DNA of 64,000 bases from Paraglomus brasilianum (taxonomy: Eukaryota). Location of the stretch: assembly GCA_910592345.1 (NCBI GenBank), contig CAJVPI010000017.1, forward strand, positions 1 to 64,000, read 5' to 3'. The first letter of the stretch is position 1. The number at the start of each line of letters is the position of its first letter. A program made the position numbers and the translations under genes. Positions 51,951 to 64,000 of this stretch are shown here, piece by piece. The notes under the pieces were generated by a model. The model was not told the origin of the DNA, searched no databases, and worked only from the letters and a program-made list of their open reading frames with translations.

Positions 51951-52899
51951 AGGAAAGACACTCGATATTTTATTGTTGGCCGAACTTGTCAATAGCTTTC
52001 GTAACGAGTGTGTTCTGTAGATATGTTGAGATTATAGCTGAATAAACTTCATAGTTTTTCAGACACGCCTGATTATACATGACAAAAAACCAAATCAAGT
52101 ATTTTATTGAAGGGCATTCTGCTGTTGTGCGATGTTTGTAACCGGATTCCAATGCAACTGTTTGGTAATGTAGCTTTTTTTTTTTTCCTCTCCAGTGGCG
52201 CAAATAACATTATTCTATTTGTGAACGTCTGTTTGAAAGAATTTCTTTTTAACAACGAAATTGGTTACCGGCAAAGTCATAAATAGTATCTGATTGATGC
52301 CGAGCAGATTATCATACCACCCTTGCTGCTTGTGGATACCCATACACAAGGCTGCTTGCATATAACTTGTGAAAAGCCACAACCAGAAAGAAAGATGGAG
52401 ATGATTGATAAAATAGTGGATTGGATTGCTCTACAAAATTGACTGAAAGTCATTGTCTCGAACAAGTATACAAGTATTTATATAAGATTCTTTTATACTA
52501 TCAGAATTTGAGGAGCAAAACCTTTCTTTCTTTGCAAGTAAAGCACATGAGAATTTACCTAGATATTGTACGCAGGAGTATGTTAAAAAACTGTGCATAC
52601 TCATTGTTGTAAGTATACCATAGTTAAATCTGCACGTAGGAACGGGGTGCATGTGGTATTGCAAAACTGAATGTGTAAACAGCCAATAGAATCGGTGATC
52701 ATAACAACCAACACGTGAAATGGTTATTGTTAAGATAGTATTACTTTACATTATAGTATAAGTGTTGGGAGTGTTGGGAGTGTTGGGTTACTTACTTTAC
52801 TAGCTTGTTCATGACATACGTTAAAGTGGACTCTTATGTGTGCGTTACTTTAATGTCGTGCCGTAATACGGCATTTGAAAATTAGCTCCTCCTGACGAG

Positions 52900-53330
52900 T
52901 TAATTCTTTTCCTTTCAGGGAGGGATTCTTTCGACAAGAAGATGTAAAAGCTTGATACTAAGCAAACTATCGCCCGTGGCAAGATGAACTCGTTGGATTT
53001 TCCTTATCATAGTTATATTGTATAATATCACCACAACAATTTCTTCTGTAGTAGTGCTGGAATATTGCATATCGTTTTCCATGAACAAAAACTTAAGACT
53101 ACATCTTTTTGGGCACATATGCATAGCCGTAACCTCATAATAAAGTCCATTCATCCTTCGCGCTCTCGTCAAGAAAATCAGTTATTCAATGAATATAACT
53201 CTCCAACCTTTACCGATAAAAGGACTGCGTAGTAACTCATTCCGCTGTATTTTCAGTTGAATATGCTTAAATCGATACCCCAGACCCAAATATAGCGTAC
53301 TTGTTCTATACTATGCAAAAATTCATCATG
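52900..53330 (-). mobile_element. IS630/Tc1 (DDE_3) transposase relic
   Basis: FLDESAKDEWTLL*GYGYA..VFVHGKRY matches the first-Asp region of fungal IS630/Tc1 transposases. In-frame stops. Confidence 0.65.
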
Positions 53331-54198
53331 GAGGGGAATGGGTCGCTATCATTGAAAAGGTTATCTGCTAACTTCTGACTATAAATCCCGCCGAGACACG
53401 TGTTTTATCTTCCTCCATATTCGCGTCCATTTTCAAAGAGGTATTGTGATTTCATCGCAACTTGTAATGATCCTATTCGAGGTGCTATGGCTGACATGAT
53501 TCAATCATAAACTGACTACTTCTGATAGTCTTATTTATTAAAAACCCTTAAAGCGTTTAGAGAATAGCATATGCCTGGTTGAATAGTCTTTACATCTAGT
53601 GGTATAGACAGTTCTACATTTTTAGACAGTTCCACCTTTTTTTTAGAAGTCTATATATGCATATGCTTTAGAAAGCTTTCTATGCCGCATAAAATTTTCC
53701 AATAGTACATGTGCGTCATTGTAGAGCATTGAAATATTATCTAGTATCAATGTTTTATTCTCTAAATCAAACGCCGGCATTTTTAGGAGAATGTGGACAA
53801 TGAATTACTTGTTCAGTCCGAAAAATGACAGTTTCAACTTTTTTTCTCGTGTCTGTTTCTCTCACTCCTTTGACAGTTATTCCCATGCTTTTAACCAAAT
53901 ATCTGCTTAGGTTACATTTGTCAAAAATATGTTGCCAATATTCGATGGCACGATAAATGAAGCTCCGCAACATCAGGTGACAAAATCCCGACGCGTCCAT
54001 ATGTCCCGACATCCTATGTTCTGGCGTCCTTATGGAATAATCTATTGATAATCGTCTTGAAAATACACAAGTTTGACAGAATAAAATACAACATTCATTA
54101 TTACGGCGAAAAATTATCAGCAATATCCATGATGAGAGAACAAGACTGATAGATGGATCAACGCTTTCACGCGATTACCAGGAATTTGAATTAAACTA

Positions 54199-54745
54199 CA
54201 GTAGCGGTCATAAGTATCCAAACTCGGGACAGGATGAGCAGACGCTTTGAAAATTTCCGTAATTTTCCAAACACCAAATATTTTACCTCGAGGCATATTT
54301 ATACCCATGGCCATAAAAATTCAAAATTCATATCTTGACACTTTTCCAACCAAATTTTGTGATCTTTTTTTTTTCATTAGTTTTTCTGTACCATTAGAAT
54401 GCATTCATATAATTGTTGAACAAATTACTGTGTGATGACTACTACAGAATGCAAATGATCGTACGATATGATGATATTGAATTATATCATTACCAAGTAT
54501 AGTGATTTTCTTCCAATTAGACACATATTCCAAGGTTAATTCCAAGGAACGTAGAGCAAATCTGACAAACAAAACATGCGGTTTGATATGTTTTGATATG
54601 TTTTAGATATACTGTATGTTTGGAAATTTTGCTGGAGACATCCGATCGAGCTGAAATTTTACGGGTTTGTTATACACTATACACAGGGAATTTTCAAAGC
54701 GTCTGTTCATCCTGTCCCGAGTTTGGATACTTATGGCCTCTATTA
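54199..54745. mobile_element. Tc1/mariner-type MITE, ~60-bp TIRs, TA TSD
   Basis: TA|CAGTAGCGGTCATAAGTATCCAAACTCGGGACAGGATGAGCAGACGCTTTGAAAATT is inverted at 54685-54745 (AATTTTCAAAGCGTCTGTTCATCCTGTCCCGAGTTTGGATACTTATGGCCTCTATTA|TA). Confidence 0.88.
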
Positions 54746-55973
54746 TATTCGAACAATAAATGATTATTAGAGTATCGAATATTACGAATTAATGAAAGAA
54801 ATAACTAAAAAACGTGAAGATCATGTGAACTAAGATTCAAAATAGGTTTGCCAGTGAAAATTACAACTTCTACCGTTTATCTAGCTACATTTTTTTAAGA
54901 AATGGTCTTGTTATTGAACCCGAGCGCAAAAGTAACGGGTAGAATACGTCACTATTTAATATTAGTTAGGCAGACTCTTGCTAAGAAGATTTTTCTTTAA
55001 GCAGACCAGATTCATCTGTCACTATATGTAGTGGTCTTATAAACTTTAAGGGCCACTTGTTATCTGTCGAGTCAACAATCACGGGAGAGCAAACAATTAG
55101 CTTACTTAGCTGTGACTTGTCCCACTTAGTTAAATACAAACGAACAGTTAGTGACTTTTTATGGGTTTACTACTCACGACCTAGCGTCGATCAGTAGACG
55201 CTAATCCTAGATGGTTATTCACACCCTCGAGAAATCGACTATTCCATTCCGATGGGATTATTTTGGAAGCCTATAACTATCTAAACACATTTATACTTAA
55301 GACGCATAACAATTGCAATGCCACGCGAATATTTGCGAGACAGAAGCAAATATTCCTAGTCGATATAGGAATTATAATGGTTTACAACTATATCGAATAA
55401 ATAACCAGGAAAGTAAAGGTCGGTTATGTGTTCCAGAGTATACAATATAAAGTCGCGTTTTTTATACCGTATATCCAATCGAGCTGCCATATTATTAGCG
55501 TGTGCAATTTACAGCTTTAGAAATGGCCAATTTCAGCTTTTTGCTGATGAAATATTTCGCTGGGCACGTTCGAATACCTTCTGAAAAAAGAAATTAACAG
55601 TAAATTAGATAGGCGTTATGTTATATCTAGCAAGATCTATACACAGTTCGTCTTGCGTTTCACAACAAGTCGGTCAGCCTCCTCGTAAATTTGCATCTCG
55701 ACCTAGAAAAGAAACGTGAACACCTTTTTAAATGGGCTATGAGATGAAATATTACGATGTGATTTGCTGACGGGCAACGCTTTAGGATACGCGGGATAGA
55801 GGGTTTAACTTTCATACAATCGTTATTGCAGCATGCTTCATATACTAAATTTACAATGTGCGACTTACAAAACTTAATTGATCTTTATTTTTGATACATA
55901 TTTTTTTGGGGGGGTTTTTTAAATATATTAACAAATTAACAAATCTCATAAAACGCCTACTAATTGCGTTTAT

Positions 55974-56758
55974 TTAGAAAGGAGACGTGGCAAATCGCAG
56001 ATATGGCTTGACAGTTCTGAAACCGGGGAAAAGCTTGGCCGCTTCTTCATTGCTGACACCAGGATGGACAATAACGTCATCACCCTTACGCCAATTGGCT
56101 GGGGTTGTAATGCGATGCTTATCACCAAGTTGAAGGGAATCGATGACACGAATGACCTCGTCAAAGTTGCGGCCTACAAGCACAATAATATAATATTAAC
56201 ACACAAATCACTTTTTTTTTTTTTTTTTTTTACATAAAAACGACGATCCTATTCTTACCGGTAGATGCGGGGTATGTAATGATCAACCGAATGACCTTTT
56301 TGGGATCTACAATGAACACGCTTCTGACCGTGAAGGGGATGCCCTTGGTGTCGACATTCGTGATATCTTGATAATCCAACATATCATACAAGGCGGATAC
56401 TTTCCTATCAGCATCAGCGATGATAGGGAAATCAACATGGACGTTATTGACTTCATCGATGTCCTTAATCCAATTCTGGTGATCAGCTAGTTCGTTGGCC
56501 GAGAGACCAATCACTTTGACATTACGTTCGGCGAAATCATTAGCACGGCGAGCAACTTCACCAAGCTCGGTTGTGCACACGGGGGCTTTTTAGTTTAATA
56601 AAAACAAGTGCGATGGGTTAGAAATGAAGCATGAAAACACGATGACCGAATATGGAATCCCACACGGAAGGGCATACTACTTCAAGATGTCCATCTAACT
56701 GGATTTCCATTGCTCTTGCAACGACACACGCTTAATCTTATATTTTGGCATCCCATAC

Positions 56759-56795
<37 letters not shown>

Positions 56796-56947
56796 ACACA
56801 TACACCCGCAAGCATTTACTTACTAAAATCAGCCGGATGGGAAAATAAGATAGCCCAGGAACCGGTAATATACGTGTGGAAATCGATTTCACCCTTGGTG
56901 GTGACGGCTTGGAAATTGGGAGCAACGCTACCTAAACGTAATACCAT
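55974..56947 (-). CDS. PRX1: 1-Cys peroxiredoxin (Prx6/Prx1 subfamily), no evident presequence
   Basis: MVLRLGSVAPNF..WAILFSHPADF|TPVCTTELG..TVRSVFIVDP..YPAST|GRNFDEVIRVIDSLQ..TPANW..KPYLRF. Confidence 0.97.
56755..56795. repeat. (ATACAC)n microsatellite in PRX1 intron 1
   Basis: About 6 hexamer copies directly visible. Confidence 0.9.
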
Positions 56948-59129
56948 TTCGTCAATATATTGTAAATGAACGGGATGGGTTAATCGCAAAGGTAGAGGGA
57001 AAGCAATCTAATTTATAATAATCCAAAAATCGAGATTTTCCATCATAACTGATTGGTCAGATATGATGCCATAATTGTTTATTTCTTTCTATTTAGATCG
57101 TCAGGTTGCGCTCGTACGAATTCTGTGGATGTGTGATCTTGGACTTTTTTTTTTTTTTTTTCTTTTTCTTTTTTTGATAATATTATTGAATTTAGCGGTC
57201 CGGTATTCAGGTCCATATCGCCAATAATCTTGCCACGTTTATTTACAACGGGTAGTGTGTTAATCTCGGGATCTCTGACTATTGATGTGCGTTTGAGAAT
57301 TCTGAGCTTGCGGCCCATGAGCTGCGCTGTGTAACTTTAAGGACAATCGATGTCAGATAATCAAGAAACGTAAATAGACATCTTTTTTTCGCGGAAGGGT
57401 ATCGATTAAAACGGAAATTGTTTATATTTCACATGAAGATCATTATAATGTCAAATATTCAAGCATCCTAGCGGTTTCATCAGATACGATAGCTTATTTC
57501 ACAAGACTTACCCGGAATGACAAAGTCAATTCTAAATTTGGCAACGGTTCGAGTATTATCTGATGGCAATTAAGCCGAGAACTGCTTGCCACCATTCCAA
57601 CGGATTACTTACCATAACAGTATAACTTTACTAAAAAGTAACTATCGCGAGGAACTTATTAAAAAGTAACATATTCGCTACTATTACGTTAACCGGTTAG
57701 CCCAAAGTAAATAACAAAGTAAATGATCTCCAGTAAGGACTGTGTGGGGTGGTGTTCCCACACATAGTAAAAATTGATTGATTGGTACTACGGGTTCATC
57801 ACACAAACGGATTCAGGGCTATTCTAAACGAGTTTTTTCCCCCGAGATTTAATTTTGCGGACAATCTGAAACAATAGTACTAAGTGAGGCGATCTTTTGC
57901 AATTCTAGTAATTCCGTTTATCATTGTGCTTAGTAATTGGATTTATCGTTTCGTGTAGGACGCGGTCCATATAAAACGAAGCTTTAGAGCAAATCATTCA
58001 AAAGGCGTGCCAGAAAAGTTAACGCATTCCGAGTCCATAGTATTTAGTGAGAACGTTGTAGTTAACGTGCTACTCTTATTTTAAAGAGCATTTGGTCCAA
58101 TAATCTTTATTCTTATAGCGTTTACCGTACTGCTGCCTTTAATATCGACTATTGCCTTAACTAACATCAATATTAATATTAATTAAGAATAGTTAACAAA
58201 AGCAGAAATTTAACTCTAAAGCTTTGCTACGCCCCTTTTCCTTCGAAGCAATCACAACAAAAACATCGATGATTGCATGAGAGAAGACACTCGGATTCAA
58301 AGTCGTATTATAAAGTTTAAAGCCATTTGTTTGTCGTTGAATTGCTCGAAAAGACCCTTTAGGCAATTGTGAAAGGAATAGATTCTCAAGCGCCGTATAT
58401 CGGGCATACTAGCGAGAATTCTGAAACTTGCAAAAATGATAAAATCACCTCATTGATTTTTTCTTCTTCTCTTTCTGTAAATTCTGATAGAATAGTAATC
58501 CCTACGAACCATTTCATGAGCGAAGTTGGATTAAGAAAAATGGCTATTAAAATTCCCGCAATGGAAAAGTGTTGTTGCCTCTACCTCAGTATTTAAAATT
58601 TTGCATTGAAACATTAGAAGCATAGATTGACAAGGAGAATAAAGATGAAGATGTTAACAACTAACTATAGTAATATCAATGGCCTCTATATTATCAGTCT
58701 TAAACGTATATATCGGCTGATGTTTTCTCAGAGAGCAAAGCTGCTGTTGTTCGCGCGCTAATATTGTTTTTCGCGTTAATAGAACAATCCAATTCTCTTA
58801 TGTAGGTCACATGGTCTGACATCAACCAAAATATCTGATTGGCATCCCGTAATGGTTAACGGTGTCTTTTTGCTTTGCAGAGCAGAAGAGAGTTCTGCCT
58901 TAGGAACAGGCCCTGCTGCACGAGAAAATGCTTAAATAGCATTTCAAAAGATCGTTGAGAGAACGAGGAACCGCGTGTTAAACAGTTTTTCAAGGTACTT
59001 GTCGAATTAGAAAATAGCAAGAAAAGGAATACTCAGAGATATTAACATTTAGATTGTTTGTAGAACATCAGCTCGAGAATATTACTTAGTTGCTCTACCG
59101 CGACGAACATTCTCTATTGGACGACATAG

Positions 59130-59650
59130 AAAATGTCTTTGTATATGCAGTCTACCGACTTTTATGAGATTAAAGAAATTGGAATCGGGCAGTTACGGAA
59201 CTTCCTATCCTAATACCGCCAAATATAAAGCCTATTTATGCCAGCACTTGTTATTTTCAAGCGCTTTAAGAGTTTTGGTGAAAGGTTGGAATTATTTATT
59301 TCCGAGGTTAGGTCATTTTCGATATTATTAACTAAAGTGATATCTAATCTGACTGTGTATTTGTTCTTGTTTAAATAGTTCAAAAGTCACGCCAAGTACG
59401 GAAATTTTCCATGCTTGCAGATTTACGAAGAAACCAGAGATATATGCATTTGATATTATTATTTGATAGAGATTCACTATACGATACCATGACCGGATTA
59501 CGATGTGTTATGCTGATCCTGACAAGCGTCGAGACGCGCGGGAGATCTACCATTTACAACGTAATGGGTTGGGACTGACATATTGGAACGGTCTATCATA
59601 ATGATGTAAGACCTCTTATAATTGAGCGACTTGGATTTTCGGAAATCACT
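59130..59650 (+). pseudogene. Decayed tyrosine-kinase-like (TKL) protein kinase
   Basis: Frameshifted subdomains: LESGSYGTSY (Gly loop), VIFKRFKSFGERLELFISE | GT-AG intron | FKSHAK..CLQIYEETRD, VYHNDVRP, SDLGFS. Confidence 0.55.
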
Positions 59651-60399
59651 GTTTATCTATACGGTTAACCGTGAATATCGATAAAAAGAAAGATAAAAAC
59701 TCATCCATGCACGAAACACTAGTGAAAAGCGTCATAATGATGATGATAATTACGAAGCTGGCGTGGACACCATGTGCAACTTCCTTCACAGACTACTTTC
59801 AAAGCTGGGGCGTGAGCAAAAAGTATTTAGTCAGTTTTATTCATCAAAAATAAATTGATACTTGAAAAATGATTGAGCGATGTCAGGTGTAATTTGACCA
59901 CATGCACTTGGGATAGGACACAGGTTGTGACGAAATTACGATGCCCCTCTTTCGATTACAGCAAAAGCTGAATTCGAGGAAGATAAAGCATGCGTGCACC
60001 TAATCTTTCAATGAGAGTAACCCATACCCCCTCCATGATGAATTTTTGCATTGTCTAGAACAGTACGCTATTTCTAGGATCAAGTGTTCATGTTTCAAGA
60101 AAATCATCGCCCGCAAACATGATAAAAACTCGTTTATCCTTCCGTAAGTAGCAAAGGTGTTGAGTGCAGGTGAATGATCGCAGGCGCAGGGGTTTGTATA
60201 GACTATTCCAGTATTCATATTTTTGGCGAGTCCAATGATAAAATTTATTATACATCGTATTCTTACACCACCGATGCTTATTATGGGATACTTTTGGCCA
60301 GTATGAGTAGCAAGCTCCTAATTAATTAGGAAATGACACTCGCGAAATATTAGATAAAAACGTAATAGTAAGAGTTAATAAATTAAATTTATCTTATGA

Positions 60400-63317
60400 C
60401 TATGTTACTTTCAATGTCTTCTTTAAATATCGTTTACTGTATATAACAGCGACAATGCTTGCTATTGTGATTATTATACCGGTAATTAATTCCATTATTT
60501 GAGATATCGTAGAAGAAATGTTGAACAGACGTAGTCCAACCGGATCTCGCCTACATATAGTCAATCAAAACATTTTGAACATTAATAACATGTTCATTCG
60601 GATTATAAACCTTCAAATAAATCATATACATACACGCTCTCAACCCAAGTTGGCTTATCAGGATCAGCAACAAAGAATTTGCCATGACCATCCATTTCTA
60701 ATCCCATTCCATACGCGTCATGATATCTAGTGAATGTCTTAACACATTGGTGTTGGATGCATAATTCTGCATCCTATTATATTTACACGAAGATGTTAAT
60801 ATGTGTTACTTTTAAAGGCAATTGATATTTGCAATAAACTTACACCGCAATCCGTTATCGTATCACATGCTCCTCTTCGTGTCGCTGCCGTTGCATTTGC
60901 GAGGAAATTGTATGCAAATAATGGTAGTAAATTCGGCGTTCCATACTGAAATACAGATGAATAATGGCTAACCCGTCCTAAATCGGATGCTACAAAAAGA
61001 GATTATACTTTTTGGTTACAAAACTGACCGTCAACTTGTAACACGTGGGCGTGTAGGAATATGGGTGGCAACGATTATGCTACGAAAATGAGACCATACC
61101 ATTAAAAAACTGATTCGTTAACGGACATGAATAATTCGTCGTGAGACATTCCATTAATTTAGTAACCAACATGCAATTGGCTGTTACGGGGGCAGTCGAC
61201 TCGTTTGCCAATTTATTTTGAGCCTGAAGCCAGACAGCCTGTGCAGTAACATTGGCCAATGCACATATTGACGCTATAGAATCTGCAGTGTATTTGACAT
61301 CATATTCACTGTTGTAAAAACTAAAAGATAATCGGGAAAATGAAATCAGTTATGGCCAATCTCAATCTAAATAAGACAAATATATGTTATATACCTATTC
61401 AAGTTGTCCTTGTAATCACCTAACACGATAGCAGGAATTTTCCGATTCTTTTCTAGAAAAGCCATCGAACTCGATGGCGGCAAACCCTTATTGGGTCCGT
61501 CTGCATAAGCAGGCTTTATAAAAGAGGTTCCTTTTGCTGCTGCAGATATTGCAGATAGCCTTTCCACAATCGCTAAAGTCACCGAATCGCTCGCATTATC
61601 CACATGAGCATAATATGACTGATCCAGTGTTGCCACTTGGCTAATCTCAAATATAGAGTCGACATTGCCAAAATTAATTCGAGTAAAATCCAGATCACGC
61701 ACACAAGGAGCCGTACATCCGGCATTCGTGTAAGGACATACTTTGGCCGCTTTGGAGGAGTTCTGACAGTCAAACGGCGTGCTGATATCATGGACGAATC
61801 TTTGAGATCCAGCAAAGCCCCACGATTCAGCCGTGAATGCAGTAAACATTATATGTTTAGGAAATTCTGTTAGCGGTACCGGTGACTGGATAATAAACAA
61901 TTGTATCGGTCAACCAGCCATTAATGAGAATCCTTATTTCCCGCTAACCAAGAAAAAAAAAAGTCTTATCACTCACGTTGCTTAGTGCATCGGCCACTGC
62001 TAGCAATGCCACCGTTCCAGACACTCCATTGTCAACACCCAATACTATATCCTGAAAAAGCCCTCGACTGTCAAGTGATGTTGATACTACGACTATAGGC
62101 TTACCATCTTCATGTGACATATTAAACGAAGGTGTTGCATATACAGACAAACCACCCACCGGAAGACACCATTCTAGTGAGGAAGGGGATATAATTAGAG
62201 TCATAATAGAATTGCATATTAATTTTTAAACAATCCCTTACCTCGTCGAAGGCAAGTCGATGCATCTATAGCGGCATACATGAAAGAAGAGAATTCAACT
62301 GCTTTTAATGGGAAATTTACATATCCCGCTAGTGAGTTATTCTGGGCGCTCTAAAGAACGGATTGAGAAATAGATGAAAATCAAAAGTGGGACAGAAAAG
62401 TCGACATAAGTACCAATACCAACCGCCATTATTTCATTAAACGTATTGTTTGTAGCAAGATCATGAGGATCCAAAGCAAATATAGGAAAGTCGTAGCTAT
62501 TATAAATAAGACCGTTTCCCTACACAAGCATAATACGATTAGCCACTCACATCGAATTCACCTAATCCGACACTTAGATCAAATTACAATATCTTACAAT
62601 AGGGTTCCACTGATACCTTTGCGGGTCATTGCGATATAAACCAAACTCACAATTGGGGCACACCGAATCAAGGGAAAGTTTATCTGGTGATAAATTTACA
62701 TCCGCCACATTGCCGCTGACAATTGCAATTACACCTCCTAATTTCCCTGACGATTCAAGTTCATTAAGATTGTCACTTTATATACGGAGAGGAGCTTAAT
62801 TTATTGATGGATTCGACGTTTCGTTGGTATGATAATGTGTAAAAGACGCCGGAGAAAATGACTTACTTTGTCACAAGAGGATAGGGCATGATAACTGCAT
62901 ATGTTCCGGAGGGATTACTACTGATAAATTCTGAGAAACTTTCTTGAGTATCTATCCAGTATAAAATTCCTGTCTTCTTACGGCGGGCTATGAGACATTG
63001 AATTGAATTAGAGACAGATCTATGGGTCAATGAGCAAATGTGCGCATAACATGTACATTGCCAAATAACCTACTTTGACACCCTATCATGCCCGCCGCAT
63101 TTAATAGCCGAACACATGGTATTGGGTATAATTCTTCATATATTGTGTCGTATATGGATACGTCTTGTGTCTTTGCTAAATCGCGAAAGGTATATATTGG
63201 TCAACAAAACGGACATCCGACAGTACATCTCTACCATATTTTCATACCTGTTGAGAATATATCTGTCAATAGGAAACAGAGGAAAAGAACGAGAGACTCT
63301 ATCCGAGGTTTTTGCAT
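60400..63317 (-). CDS. NCSTN: Nicastrin (gamma-secretase subunit)
   Basis: Signal peptide (ATG 63317), PCVRLLNAAGMIGCQ, CPNCEFG..NPIGNGL, CLPVGGLSV, LDSRGLFQDIVLGVDNGVSGTVALLAVADAL, AESWGFAGSQRFVHDI, LPPSSSMAFL, PTWVES, C-terminal TM helix. TAG at 60400-60402. Confidence 0.93.
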
Positions 63318-64000
63318 TTTGGCATGCCTAACTTTGACACTAGACAATTTTGAGAGAACTTTGAATTGCAGTTTCACGTCGATGTCACACAGAGTGAACA
63401 ATGAGGTGCTAAAAATCGTCAAACACTATTCGATATAATAAAAGACAGTTGTGGCATTCGCAATGGTCTCTAATGTCTTCTCGAATGGAGTCTTGTTTCA
63501 ATTACCCAGTCTGGCAATCTCTAGCCTTTTGCTCTCGACGCGTAAACTTGGGCATGTCCAGATATGCTTAATCGGTTGTGCGAACGATCTTCCGTTGATC
63601 AACTTTTATTGTTATAAGACAAATCTGAACCCGTTTCAAGATTGTCACATATTCACATATTTTTTCGACGTTATCACATAAATCATGTAGTTTATTGGTG
63701 CAAAAGATTATTCTAATGTGACAATCCCGAAACGGGTCAAATCCTAGAACGGGCGTAATAATTGTCGCATTAATTGATTTAATTATAAAGGACACTTTAT
63801 CAAAATATCGTCTTTTTTACTAACATGTAGATTTTAAATACACTTTGTGTATCAAATGCAATTTAAAGTGGTTTTTTATAAAAGAATGGAGGCGAAAAAA
63901 TGTGAGCCCGGTGGTTCTAGTCTTGGTCATGTGGTCAAATAACCCGTCAGTGCTCATTAACAGGAATCCACGCCCACTAGTATCTGAGAGTCGGTCGAGC

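Noticed and set aside
56586..56823. TPP riboswitch in PRX1 intron 1, or selenocysteine use in PRX1
   Set aside because: No CTGAGA core; the intron length is partly due to the microsatellite; the catalytic codon is TGC (Cys).
57738..57768. Hairpin TGTGTGGG..CCCACACA (possible Helitron 3' end)
   Set aside because: No correctly spaced CTRR terminus and no matching 5' end seen.

Overview
A gene-dense, AT-rich nuclear region of an early-diverging (non-Dikarya, most likely Mucoromycota) fungus, with many short (~60-110 nt) spliceosomal introns. Recognisable genes: YME2, a small stand-alone chromodomain gene, HIR3/CABIN1, TACO1/YebC, MDM31, SDH7, a UsgS/EI24-like membrane protein, NDUFS2, a perilipin-like protein, a probable FANCB-like gene, RPS28 (missed by the ORF track), a LETM1-like gene, E2F, a 1-Cys peroxiredoxin and nicastrin. 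Intergenic stretches hold MITEs, decayed DNA transposons (Tc1/IS630, Mutator-SWIM, Sola-like) and a kinase pseudogene. Most notable: (i) a clear U12-type AT-AC minor-spliceosome intron (42424-42494) in the FANCB-like gene, and an E2F intron at what I recall is an ancestral U12 position; (ii) two unannotated, well-folding ncRNA candidates (43340-43540, and inside an oversized YME2 intron); (iii) two different cytosine-mutation footprints on repeats (a CpG-free island versus CpA>TpA-type changes); (iv) a short IS607-resolvase-like HTH remnant at the left edge. All identifications come from motifs recognised by eye; no searches were run and splice models are manual.
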